Shown piece by piece: positions 8,534 to 17,193 of a DNA stretch of 64,000 nt. The notes beneath the pieces were generated by a model, which ran no database searches, was not told where the DNA came from, and saw only the letters and a list, made by a program, of their open reading frames with translations. The stretch's first letter is position 1; every line of letters starts with the position of its first letter. A program made the position numbers and the translations under genes. This DNA is from a virus (taxonomy: Duplodnaviria; Caudoviricetes). The DNA lies in the IMG/VR virus record IMGVR_UViG_3300023055_000005. The stretch is one strand, 5' to 3'.

Positions 8534-8932
8534 ATGAACTTGGAAGAATACCTGTTCAACCGTCTGGGAGAGGAGGCAGCCGAGGTTGTACAAGGCGCCA
8601 CGAAGATCCTCTCCTTCGGGTCAGAGCATCGTGTCCCGTCCAACCGCATGGCCGCCAACGATTACCTGGTCGCTGAAATCAACGATATCCTGGGCGTTGC
8701 TGACTTCCTGAAGGAATGCGGCATCGAGCTGTTTGGTATCGGCAAGCCGCAGGCCCGCGAGGCAAAGATCCAGAAGATCATCACTTACATGCAGGTCTCC
8801 ATCGATGCTGGTCGCCTGACCCTGAGCGATGAAGAACTGACCATGATCAACAACCGCAACGACGGCAAGCCTCTGCACCATCGCATCGGCGATACGGTGG
8901 CGGCTACCTTCGAGCAAAAGGAATCGGCATGA
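8534..8932 (+). CDS. MazG-like NTP pyrophosphohydrolase
   Basis: LGEEAAEVVQGATK and EINDIL form the EExxE...ExxD metal-binding signature of MazG-type all-alpha NTP-PPases. Confidence 0.7.
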   Translation: MNLEEYLFNRLGEEAAEVVQGATKILSFGSEHRVPSNRMAANDYLVAEINDILGVADFLKECGIELFGIGKPQAREAKIQKIITYMQVSIDAGRLTLSDEELTMINNRNDGKPLHHRIGDTVAATFEQKESA

Positions 8933-9129
8933 CCACGCTCTTTGTCTGCGACAAGTGCAATTCGGTTGACACCACGATCGAAGCCTACCCGTCCCGCAAC
9001 TTCGTCCTGAGCAACATGCAGTGCACCAAGTGCCAGACCGGGCAGTGGCACCGTGCATTCCCGCAGTTGCAGTACAAGCCTGAGAAGGACCACGTCATGA
9101 ACCGTGCCAGTGGGATCGGCTTGGGATGA
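8929..9129 (+). CDS. Small Zn-finger protein
   Basis: CDKC...CTKC..GQWH. ATGA overlap with the upstream stop. Confidence 0.7.
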   Translation: MTTLFVCDKCNSVDTTIEAYPSRNFVLSNMQCTKCQTGQWHRAFPQLQYKPEKDHVMNRASGIGLG

Positions 9130-9512
9130 CCAAGTTCATTGTCGATTACGATTCCAAGACCAACACCCCTGAATCGGTGAAGGACTTCGAACGACTCGCC
9201 AATCGAGGTAACCCCGGACTGTACCGACTGGACTACATGTGGGTACTGAAGTTCGCAGTGAAGATGCTGGGCGAGGTGGCACTGACTCGTGATCGTGACG
9301 ATGTGGCCATGGTGATCCAGGAGCTGTACAGCAACTTACACTTGCTGGTGGATTACCCGGATATGGCCGAACCGATGGCAGAAGACATTGTCCGCGAGGT
9401 CAATCGACTGGCCACCTTCTTACCCGACGATCTGGTACTCAGTGATGATCGTCCGAGACGGTGTGAGATCATCGACCATCGACATGGCGCACTGTTGATT
9501 GAGATCCTGTAA
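9126..9512 (+). CDS. Hypothetical protein
   Basis: 128-aa ORF with ATGA overlap, followed by a hairpin + TTTATGCCC. Confidence 0.7.
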   Translation: MTKFIVDYDSKTNTPESVKDFERLANRGNPGLYRLDYMWVLKFAVKMLGEVALTRDRDDVAMVIQELYSNLHLLVDYPDMAEPMAEDIVREVNRLATFLPDDLVLSDDRPRRCEIIDHRHGALLIEIL

Positions 9513-9637
9513 CTGGCCGGGGTTCGCCCCGGCCTTTATGCCCCAACGCTCTGTAAAGCTCTCTAAGGAGCGTCCAGCGTAAATAAGTACTCCCATAGCC
9601 TTTTCTATGTAGAAGAGCCCTAGAGGCCATTCTAACG

Positions 9638-9658
9638 AGTTTCAGACCTACACTATCT
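9638..9658 (+). promoter_or_regulatory. Early-type promoter (identical 21-mer also at 21409-21429)
   Basis: AGTTTCAGACCTACACTATCT. Core TACACTAT aligns with TATATTAC and lies just upstream of an operon start. Confidence 0.65.
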
Positions 9659-9686
9659 CAGTGTAGTGTACCAGTGGAGTTTCACA

Positions 9687-10067
9687 ATGCGTCGGGCAAT
9701 ACTCATCTACGACATCACAGCCGAACATCGGGATGTCCGCAGAATAGTGCGCGACGCCTTACATCGTCGCGAGGAGCTAGTCGTCATCGACAGCTTCAGA
9801 GAGGGAAAGTTCGCAGCTGCCGTGAGAGAGTGGTTCGTCTACTTTCTTCTGGAGTACGCCTACCTCGGCGTGCCACCCACCTTCGGCTTCCGTCCTGATC
9901 CTCGTCTCGAAGATTTCTTCGAGCGCAAAACTTCGCCTCAGTTGATCACTCTTGCTCGAAAGCTCCGGATTCCATGGGAGCTCTCTGAAGAGACTCCCGT
10001 CATTGATATCCGGGAGCGCGATCTAGTGCTGACCTATAACAACGTAGATACATCGAGATGGACGTGA
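9687..10067 (+). CDS. Tandem-array protein 1 (hypothetical)
   Basis: GGAG SD. N-terminal AILIYD strand and C-terminal VIDIRERDLVL hairpin. Confidence 0.7.
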   Translation: MRRAILIYDITAEHRDVRRIVRDALHRREELVVIDSFREGKFAAAVREWFVYFLLEYAYLGVPPTFGFRPDPRLEDFFERKTSPQLITLARKLRIPWELSEETPVIDIRERDLVLTYNNVDTSRWT

Positions 10068-10068
10068 C

Positions 10069-10542
10069 ATGAGACACACCGCGCGGATTTACGACCTCGG
10101 CAATCTTGCCCGCAGGATGGTTCGAAACATCGAGGACTTCCTGGAGCTGTACGGCGACAAGAAGACCCCCCGTCCGAACATCACCGAATGTGGTCAGATG
10201 TTGGTCACCATCCTCACCAATGAAATCGACCGGCGCGCCAAGTGGGCCAGTCCGATCGGCCACGAAGAGCTGTTCGCGCAGCTGCTGCCGTGGACCTTGA
10301 ACATCGAGAAGGGACCGGTTTACGAAGACTTCTACACCCAGGTGATCGACCGTGCTGTCGTGGCGATCAACCGCTGGCTGGAAGCCTTCATGGAACGGGA
10401 TACATGGATGATCTGGGAGGTTGAGAAAATCACCCCCCTGACGATCTCCCTCGTACCCAAGCAGGACTATCGAATCGAAGAGTGGACCCGCTTGAAAGAG
10501 AATGGCTTCCTGGACAAGTTCCGGGACGGGCGCCACAACTGA
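10069..10542 (+). CDS. Tandem-array protein 2 (conserved hypothetical)
   Basis: ARIYD N-terminal strand, WMIWEV...DYRIEEW C-terminus. Confidence 0.75.
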   Translation: MRHTARIYDLGNLARRMVRNIEDFLELYGDKKTPRPNITECGQMLVTILTNEIDRRAKWASPIGHEELFAQLLPWTLNIEKGPVYEDFYTQVIDRAVVAINRWLEAFMERDTWMIWEVEKITPLTISLVPKQDYRIEEWTRLKENGFLDKFRDGRHN

Positions 10543-10551
10543 GGCATTACA

Positions 10552-11001
10552 ATGTCAAGCACTGTGCTAGGCGACATTCAGGGTCTGCTGAGATCCTTCG
10601 TTCAAGACCTTCAGTACGCCTGCGATTACGACGAACCCAAGCATCTCCACATTGATGCCCTGTCGGTCGCAGAGGTCATCCTTGATGAATACTTCTCGGA
10701 TATTTCGCTACTGCTGCGTGAACCGGTTGACTTCCTCCGTCGCTATGAGATCTCTCATGAGCGGAAGAAAGAGATCATCAACAATTTCAAAGCTGCACTC
10801 GAAGACTACATCCACCGCATCTGCCGCATCCACCCCCGCTTCCATTACAGCTATCGGCTGGACGGCAGTGGGACGCTGGAGATCGTGCAGATGGACATGG
10901 ACCCCCAAGGGCCGCGCCTCAAGTTCCACTGCGAGCGCAGTGACGAGGATGACCCAGAGGGCATGGGGACTTACGTTCCCGAACGCCAGAGACGACGATA
11001 A
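10552..11001 (+). CDS. Tandem-array protein 3 (hypothetical)
   Basis: 149-aa ORF tightly packed with its neighbours. Confidence 0.7.
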   Translation: MSSTVLGDIQGLLRSFVQDLQYACDYDEPKHLHIDALSVAEVILDEYFSDISLLLREPVDFLRRYEISHERKKEIINNFKAALEDYIHRICRIHPRFHYSYRLDGSGTLEIVQMDMDPQGPRLKFHCERSDEDDPEGMGTYVPERQRRR

Positions 11002-11567
11002 TGGAACAGACGCTTGTCATCATTGATGCAAGCAGACTGCTCAAGGAGATGGCCCCCTACCTCGAACACCTCCGGGTGTTCGGGGTGGATGAGCCTTCTA
11101 TGCTCGCACATCTGTTTGCGGTTATGCGACACCCCAATCAAAACCAGTACGTCCAGAGGATGTCGCGCGATCTTATACTGGAGCTTGACGAGAACTTCTA
11201 CTCCAGCAAATTCCCACCTAATAGTAGCGGCGATGTAAAATACGATCGTGTTGCACATGCAATGATCGACGCGCTCGGTGACGGCCTCCAAGTCCTGATC
11301 CCAACGCTCGAAACGATCCTAGGAGACTATCGGCACTCCGCAACGCTGCATGGTTTTGTGGGCCGAGACATAGTGGTGGCCGTAACGGTCCCCGAGAAGA
11401 CTGCCGATGAAGACAAAGAAAATGCTGCTACTGCTTCCGATGCGGGAGGCGGAGAAACGACTGACGGAAGTGGAACGGGATCTGGACCAGCTACCCCTGG
11501 CCTACCCGTTCAGCCAACTCGTCGCCCTTACGTTCAGACTCTGGATGATGATCACGAGTCTGGATGA
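11001..11567 (+). CDS. Tandem-array protein 4 (hypothetical)
   Basis: TAATG coupling. LVIID N-terminal strand and LHGFVGRDIVV motif. Confidence 0.72.
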   Translation: MEQTLVIIDASRLLKEMAPYLEHLRVFGVDEPSMLAHLFAVMRHPNQNQYVQRMSRDLILELDENFYSSKFPPNSSGDVKYDRVAHAMIDALGDGLQVLIPTLETILGDYRHSATLHGFVGRDIVVAVTVPEKTADEDKENAATASDAGGGETTDGSGTGSGPATPGLPVQPTRRPYVQTLDDDHESG

Positions 11568-11874
11568 TGACGAGGACAAGACCGGCGCAGACCTCATCTA
11601 CGACGACGAAGCCTTCAAGCATGTACTGGAGAAGCTCGTCGCCGAAGATGCGGATCTGTCCGAGTTCGAGTACGACGAATTTGTCAAGGCGCTAGCCACG
11701 TTCGAAAAGGGCGTCGGCAGGCTGTACGCCGAACTGGCTCCGTACCTGAAGCCGTTCGAGAAGTACATCAATCGCAACAGTGAAAGTCCCATCAATTTCC
11801 AGGGCTGGCTTGCCAGTGATCTGGTGGTGGAACTAGAGACCAACGAATCATGCCAAAACCCGTCGGCGGAATAA
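11407..11874 (+). CDS. Tandem-array protein 5 (hypothetical)
   Basis: MLLLLP N-terminal strand and FQGWLASDLVV motif. Overlaps the previous ORF by 161 nt. Confidence 0.68.
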   Translation: MKTKKMLLLLPMREAEKRLTEVERDLDQLPLAYPFSQLVALTFRLWMMITSLDDDEDKTGADLIYDDEAFKHVLEKLVAEDADLSEFEYDEFVKALATFEKGVGRLYAELAPYLKPFEKYINRNSESPINFQGWLASDLVVELETNESCQNPSAE

Positions 11875-12269
11875 GCCTGATCCTACCGACCAGAGATATC
11901 ATCCGCGGCCATCGGTTCAATGAGTCTACGTTCCAACTCATGGGGCAGAGTGCCAAGATGCTGGGGAGGTTTACTCTCCAGCAGTGGATTCAGAATCAAC
12001 TGGATCGGCGCAGGTATTACACGGGTTACGTCAGTCAAGCTGAACTCCTGGAAGATGCGGTGCTCACCTACATCGTTGAACCCAGGACAGACCTCGAAGA
12101 GGACGTGCTACGGAAGGCAACCCATCGCATGATGGATATCGTGATGGATTATCACGAGACGATTAACCCTCTACTGGGCGGTTTCTGCGAACACGCAGTT
12201 GACGTTACCCAAATTCGTTTTGATGACTGGCTCGGCACTGACATGATTGTTGCTGTCGACCGGTTCTAA
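11850..12269 (+). CDS. Tandem-array protein 6 (hypothetical)
   Basis: ISLILP strand and FDDWLGTDMIV motif. Confidence 0.75.
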   Translation: MPKPVGGISLILPTRDIIRGHRFNESTFQLMGQSAKMLGRFTLQQWIQNQLDRRRYYTGYVSQAELLEDAVLTYIVEPRTDLEEDVLRKATHRMMDIVMDYHETINPLLGGFCEHAVDVTQIRFDDWLGTDMIVAVDRF

Positions 12270-12853
12270 TGGAGCTAGAGATGGAAGCAAAGAAAGAAAG
12301 CCCCGCCAAGATCGTCCTGCAACACGACCCCGTTCCAGAGATCCCCTCCTACCGTCCAGCCCATACGAACAATGAGCAGGGGGTTATCGACGATGCGTCG
12401 GCAATAGCCAGCTACAAGGCCAACCCGGAAAAGCACGAGGCTGTCGCCAAGGTCATGATCGAGCAGATCACCAAGATCGCTCACCGGGAACACTCCAAGC
12501 GCGGACAGGACGTCGTCCACAAGGGCTCGGTGATCTTGACCACCAAGCGAGCCTTCGAGGACTTCGAGCAGACCGCAGCGATGATGTCCAACGTCAACTA
12601 CGACGAGGATGAGATCGGAGCGGCCATCCTGAACTCGATGCGCACAGGGCAACCGGTGCTGGCTGCGAACATGCCCAATGACGAAGATGCCCAGATCCTG
12701 CTGCGAGCCACTGAAAAGCTCAGGCAGGGTGTCGTCAATGCCGTGAACACCGCCCAGATCGATCACAGCGAACTTGACAAGACGTTGGTCTTCGATGGCT
12801 GGTGCTGCGGCGACATGGTGCTGGAGCACATCGAGATCAAAGAAGATCACTGA
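12269..12853 (+). CDS. Tandem-array protein 7 (hypothetical)
   Basis: TAATG coupling. FDGWCCGDMVL motif. Confidence 0.72.
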   Translation: MELEMEAKKESPAKIVLQHDPVPEIPSYRPAHTNNEQGVIDDASAIASYKANPEKHEAVAKVMIEQITKIAHREHSKRGQDVVHKGSVILTTKRAFEDFEQTAAMMSNVNYDEDEIGAAILNSMRTGQPVLAANMPNDEDAQILLRATEKLRQGVVNAVNTAQIDHSELDKTLVFDGWCCGDMVLEHIEIKEDH

Positions 12854-12884
12854 TCTTATGACACCAAGTTGACATAGGCCCACC

Positions 12885-13295
12885 ATGACCCCGCTTTCGA
12901 AGCTGCCCCTGAACTCCACCGTGTCTTTCGACCTGTACCCGTCGTACATCATCGGGACCGGTTACAACTTCGCCAAAGTGCTTGCACACCTGGATGCTGA
13001 CACGGCGCGGGCGCTCGGCGTGGACACCCAGGCCAAGCACAACAACGTTTACCCGACCCTGCCCTCGGACGTTCCCAATCGTCCCAGTGCGTACCCGTGG
13101 GTCAAGCTGCGCCTGCAGAATGGCGAAACCGTCATCATCGGCGTGGCGTGGATCAAGGAACAAACGATCAAAGTGCTCAACGCCAAGCGCGTGCGCTGGC
13201 AAACCAACATCACCAGTGACGACGATGCAGCACTGATCGTTCGCGTACTGGCGGCCAATGGTTTCCAGGCGTTGGACATGGAAGTGATCGAATAA
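12885..13295 (+). CDS. Conserved phiKZ-like core protein upstream of DNA polymerase (small beta-rich fold)
   Basis: VSFDLYP..IIG, H.NVYPTLP...P..P..Y and NG...IIG..WI pattern, recalled as conserved in this position. Confidence 0.7.
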   Translation: MTPLSKLPLNSTVSFDLYPSYIIGTGYNFAKVLAHLDADTARALGVDTQAKHNNVYPTLPSDVPNRPSAYPWVKLRLQNGETVIIGVAWIKEQTIKVLNAKRVRWQTNITSDDDAALIVRVLAANGFQALDMEVIE

Positions 13296-13373
13296 AGACA
13301 GCCGGGTAGGCTATTATATACAGAAGCCTGGGTCGTTTCTGTCGTGCTTGTACTGGCTTACCCGCACTCTTTA

Positions 13374-13405
13374 GCCAGGCCTTCGGGCCTGGCCTTTTTA
13401 TGCCC
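13374..13405 (+). terminator. Terminator hairpin (UUCG) + TTTTTATGCCC
   Basis: GCCAGGCC-ttcg-GGCCTGGC. Confidence 0.8.
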
Positions 13406-13461
13406 TTATTTTCTTTTTCTACATACCGGGGCTATCTAGTGTACCTTAGGCGGAGCAGTAC

Positions 13462-15807
13462 ATGAAACACTTCATCATGGCGAAAGACGATTACAAACGG
13501 GACGTGAATATGGTCCCGGCGTACGTTCGAGATTGCGCCACGTATCTTCAACTTGACACCGGTATCGACTTCGACGAATGCGTTGACTACGTCCGCACTC
13601 AGGTCGGTCCGGGCGGCGCCCTGGAAATCAAAGCCCCGGAAGTGATGTGTCTGAGCAAGGACACTCCGGGCAATCGTGTCCAACGGACCATGTCCCTGGA
13701 TCAGTACATCGGCGAAGCAGTACAGGCCGGTGACATCATCAGTCCCACGATGGCAGTCTACGCAAATCCACTGCGTCATGAATCCATCCTGGGCAAGTAC
13801 GTTGCTGGTAACCTGACCAAGCGACAGGTGGCAAAGCATGAGATGTTCACGGCTCAGTCTGAAGCCGACATCTTCAAGCTCAATGGGGACATGGAGTCCT
13901 ACAAGCGCTACTCGGCGCTGGCCGGTCAGAAGGACGCAGAGCAGTCCTCGACGAAGGTCAAGAACAACTCGCTGTCCGGTGCACACGCCGCACAGCACAC
14001 CCCGCTGTACAACAAGTCTTCTCACAGTACCCTGACCAGCTCGTGCCGCTCGGCTACCTCGTATGGCAACGCCAGTAACGAGAAGTTCCTGTACGGCAAT
14101 CGTCACTACTGGTCGGCGGAGTTGGTCAAGGCCAACATCATCTCGATCATCAACACTGCGGACCTGCCCAAGATCACCGCAGCAATGTCCAAGTACAACC
14201 TGGTCTATCCGACGCTGGAACAGACCATGGCCTGCATTACCCGCTCCAGTGACCTGTACTGGCGCGATGCAATGGAAGGTGAATCCATCCGTGCACTGGT
14301 TACTCGTCTGAGCCCGGTGCAGCGCGCTGCCGTGGTTTACGTGGGTGATTTCTACCATCTGGCCGAGTACAACCACGACTTCTGCCACAAGTTCCTGGAC
14401 CTGCTGTCGAGCAAGGCAACGGTTCCGCTGGGCGTGGAAGAAGCAGCTGCTCAGATCGGCGCAATGGATGATGACCTGAAGGCCTTCGTCTCGATGCTGT
14501 GCGAGCAGGAACTGTACGGCACCAGCATGAAGAAGCTGAAGGTGGAGAACCCGGAAGGCTACGGCATCCTGGGCGCTACCGCCAAGGCGATCCCGGAAGT
14601 GCTGGACTACTACGCCGACATGATCCAGGCGCTGTGGGTCACCAACTGCATGCCCGCATCCATTGCTGCATTGCCGACCATCATCCGACGTTGCGCCATT
14701 GCCTCGGATACTGACTCGACGATCTTCACCACCCAGCACTGGACCAACTGGTTCGTGGGCAAGATGGACTTCTCCCCGAAGTCGCGTGCTATCTCCAGCA
14801 CCATGGTCTATCTGGCATCGCAGGCTATCCGTCACATCCTGGCAAAGCTGTCGGTCAACATGGGTGTCACCCGTGAGAACCTGCACAAGCTGGCCATGAA
14901 GAACGAGTACGCCTTCCCGGTGTTCGCACTGACCGGCCGTGCCAAGCACTACTACGCCAGCATGTCGGCCCGAGAGGGTAACGTGTACGTGGAGTTCAAG
15001 AAGGAGATCAAGGGCGTTGCGCTGCGTAACTCCAACGTGCCCAAGCATGTCAATGACAAGGCGCACGGGTTGATCGATGAGATCATGGATACGGTCTACA
15101 AGGGCGAGAAGCTTTCGCTCACCAAGATCACCAAGACCATCAGCAACATGGAAGACAGCATCCGCAACTCGATCTTGAATGGTAAGTACGACTACATGAC
15201 GCGGTTGCAGATCCGTGACGTGACGTCCTACACCAAGCCTGATTCCTCAGTGTTCGTTTACTACGACCTGTGGGAGACGGTGTTCGCTCCGAAGTACGGT
15301 CATGCAGAAGCGCCGCCGTACGGTGCGATCAAGATCGCGATGAATACCGAGAAGCCTGCCAAGTTGAAGGCATGGTTGGCTGGGATTGAAGATCGGGCAC
15401 TGGCTGAACGTCTGATCAAGTGGTTGGAGGCACGCGGCAAGAAGCACATCACCGCGCTGTACCTGCCGGAAGCAATCCTCTCCACGACCGGTATCCCCAA
15501 GGAAGTCATCTCGGGTGTCAACATCCGTAAGCTGATCTTCGCCACGATGGAACCGTTCTACCTGATCCTGGAGTCGCTGAACATCCACATGAAGAACAAG
15601 TGGCTGACGCGACTGGTCTCTGACAAGGTTGAGCTGATCATGGCTACGCCTACTCTGGACACCACGGTTCTTGAAATCGAACCTGATGAAGCCAACGAAG
15701 ATCCATTTGCGGGTGCATACGCAAACCTGGATGTCGATGGTTCCAGTGAACTGGACTGGTTCGACGAGGAAGCTGAGGAAGAGGACGAAGAGGAAGAAGA
15801 CGCGTAA
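13462..15807 (+). CDS. Family B DNA polymerase, polymerase-domain subunit (phiKZ gp50-like)
   Basis: KVKNNSLSG (motif B region), ASDTDST catalytic motif, KHYY and EIKGVALRNS. Lies two genes upstream of chimallin. Confidence 0.9.
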   Translation: MKHFIMAKDDYKRDVNMVPAYVRDCATYLQLDTGIDFDECVDYVRTQVGPGGALEIKAPEVMCLSKDTPGNRVQRTMSLDQYIGEAVQAGDIISPTMAVYANPLRHESILGKYVAGNLTKRQVAKHEMFTAQSEADIFKLNGDMESYKRYSALAGQKDAEQSSTKVKNNSLSGAHAAQHTPLYNKSSHSTLTSSCRSATSYGNASNEKFLYGNRHYWSAELVKANIISIINTADLPKITAAMSKYNLVYPTLEQTMACITRSSDLYWRDAMEGESIRALVTRLSPVQRAAVVYVGDFYHLAEYNHDFCHKFLDLLSSKATVPLGVEEAAAQIGAMDDDLKAFVSMLCEQELYGTSMKKLKVENPEGYGILGATAKAIPEVLDYYADMIQALWVTNCMPASIAALPTIIRRCAIASDTDSTIFTTQHWTNWFVGKMDFSPKSRAISSTMVYLASQAIRHILAKLSVNMGVTRENLHKLAMKNEYAFPVFALTGRAKHYYASMSAREGNVYVEFKKEIKGVALRNSNVPKHVNDKAHGLIDEIMDTVYKGEKLSLTKITKTISNMEDSIRNSILNGKYDYMTRLQIRDVTSYTKPDSSVFVYYDLWETVFAPKYGHAEAPPYGAIKIAMNTEKPAKLKAWLAGIEDRALAERLIKWLEARGKKHITALYLPEAILSTTGIPKEVISGVNIRKLIFATMEPFYLILESLNIHMKNKWLTRLVSDKVELIMATPTLDTTVLEIEPDEANEDPFAGAYANLDVDGSSELDWFDEEAEEEDEEEEDA

Positions 15808-15808
15808 G

Positions 15809-15852
15809 GGCATAGAGGCAGGGGCTTGCGCCCCTGCCTCTGCTTTATGTCC
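15809..15852. terminator. Bidirectional terminator hairpin
   Basis: AGAGGCAGGGGC-ttgc-GCCCCTGCCTCT flanked by GGCATA and TTTATGTCCC. Confidence 0.8.
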
Positions 15853-16939
15853 CTGGTACGTTGAGGAACCGGGAGATGTTGGTGTTGATCTCATCCATCG
15901 ACTTGTCAAACGCCGTGTCATCCAGACCACCCCGCATCGAACGATCGCTCTCCATGATCTTCAGACCAATGGCAATCTCGTTGAGGTAGCGCTGATTGAC
16001 CTCACCATACAGCCCGCTGTTAGCCTGGACCAGATAGGAGATCACCGGGATGTGAGCCAACGTGATAGCCCAGTTCACATAACGGTTACGCAACGGCAGC
16101 TTGAAGTCCATGACCTCGCGAACGTTGTTCTTGGTGATAGCAGGCAGGCCCGCAATCATCGCAGGGAAGTCAGCACGGCGCGTCTTGGAGACATGCACGT
16201 ACTGCTCCAGAACCTCGTTGACAAGGTCGTGGTAGTCGTTCAGAGCGAAGCTGTTGGTGTTACGCGTCTTGGGAATAGCAATCCCCATCAGCTGATACAG
16301 CATGCGGTTGAACAGCGCCACATCCAGCTGAGAGCGCATCATGTTGGCCAACGGCACCTGAGCCAGGAACTGGACGATGGCCATGTTGCGATCGGGGAAT
16401 GCGCCCTGAGCATCGGACCACATCTTGAACTGCGCACCGAGCATGGGCAGGTTGACCAGAATCACGCTGATCCCATCGAAGCTGTTACGCCCGTTGGGGA
16501 AAGGCATGTTCAGATCAGTGGAAGGATGACGCAGTACGCGCACCGATTCCAGATCCTGCCAGGTGTCCTCGATACCAGTAACATCGAAGTCAGTGATGTC
16601 AGCAATCACCACCTCATTGCTACCCTTGCCGTAGAACGAACCATTGCGCGTCATCTCACCCTTGGAGAGAATCGACGTCATCTGGTAGGACATTGACCGG
16701 TTCAACGCCATGTCAGCGAAGCGGTCTTTGTAAGTTCTTACGTCCAAGGACAATGGTACGGAGGTGGATGCCAGGAAGCGTGAAAGAATGTGCGTTGTGG
16801 CTACGGACTGCGGATTTTGGCGATGCCAGTTGATCGCCGTGGACAGGTTCTGTTGGAGCTGCCGACGGACGTATTCAAACCGACCTATCACAACCTGACC
16901 GCGACTCCACGTCGCTGAGGGGTTGAAGATGTCGAGCAT
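15845..16939 (-). CDS. Conserved phiKZ-like protein between DNA polymerase and chimallin (gp52-like)
   Basis: 364 aa with VRVLRHPSTDL, QFLAQVPLANM and SQLDVALFNR. Syntenic position. Confidence 0.7.
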   Translation of the reverse strand: MLDIFNPSATWSRGQVVIGRFEYVRRQLQQNLSTAINWHRQNPQSVATTHILSRFLASTSVPLSLDVRTYKDRFADMALNRSMSYQMTSILSKGEMTRNGSFYGKGSNEVVIADITDFDVTGIEDTWQDLESVRVLRHPSTDLNMPFPNGRNSFDGISVILVNLPMLGAQFKMWSDAQGAFPDRNMAIVQFLAQVPLANMMRSQLDVALFNRMLYQLMGIAIPKTRNTNSFALNDYHDLVNEVLEQYVHVSKTRRADFPAMIAGLPAITKNNVREVMDFKLPLRNRYVNWAITLAHIPVISYLVQANSGLYGEVNQRYLNEIAIGLKIMESDRSMRGGLDDTAFDKSMDEINTNISRFLNVPGT

Positions 16940-17103
16940 TGAGTGCTCCAGAATAAGTGGTAAGCTACACAGTATTTGCAGGACTAGCTGCAGGGAGTGC
17001 GTGTAAAAAATTACGCATTCTCACCCTATGCTATAGGGAAACAACCCTTCGGCAGCTTCGGCTGCTGAGATATGCGGGGAGCGTACGTTCCGAACAATTC
17101 GAT

Positions 17104-17129
17104 TCAAACGCTTTTTAAGCATATATCAT
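17104..17129 (+). promoter_or_regulatory. Early-type promoter upstream of chimallin
   Basis: TCAAACGCTTTTTAAGCATATATCAT aligns with the other AAA..TTT..A...TAYAYYAY elements. Confidence 0.6.
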
Positions 17130-17193
17130 CCAATTGACGTATCCCAAAGATGCGTTGCGCGCAATCCATCAAAACCAGAAGAAGGTAGAAACA

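Noticed and set aside
11445-11500. GGGETTDGSGTGSG resembling the tubulin signature
   Set aside because: It lies in an overprinted disordered tail of a 188-aa ORF with no tubulin fold context.
13296-13370. Pairing CGGGTAGGC/GCTTACCCG suggesting a small RNA
   Set aside because: Only one 9-bp helix with a wobble inside a short 3' UTR. Not enough to separate from chance.
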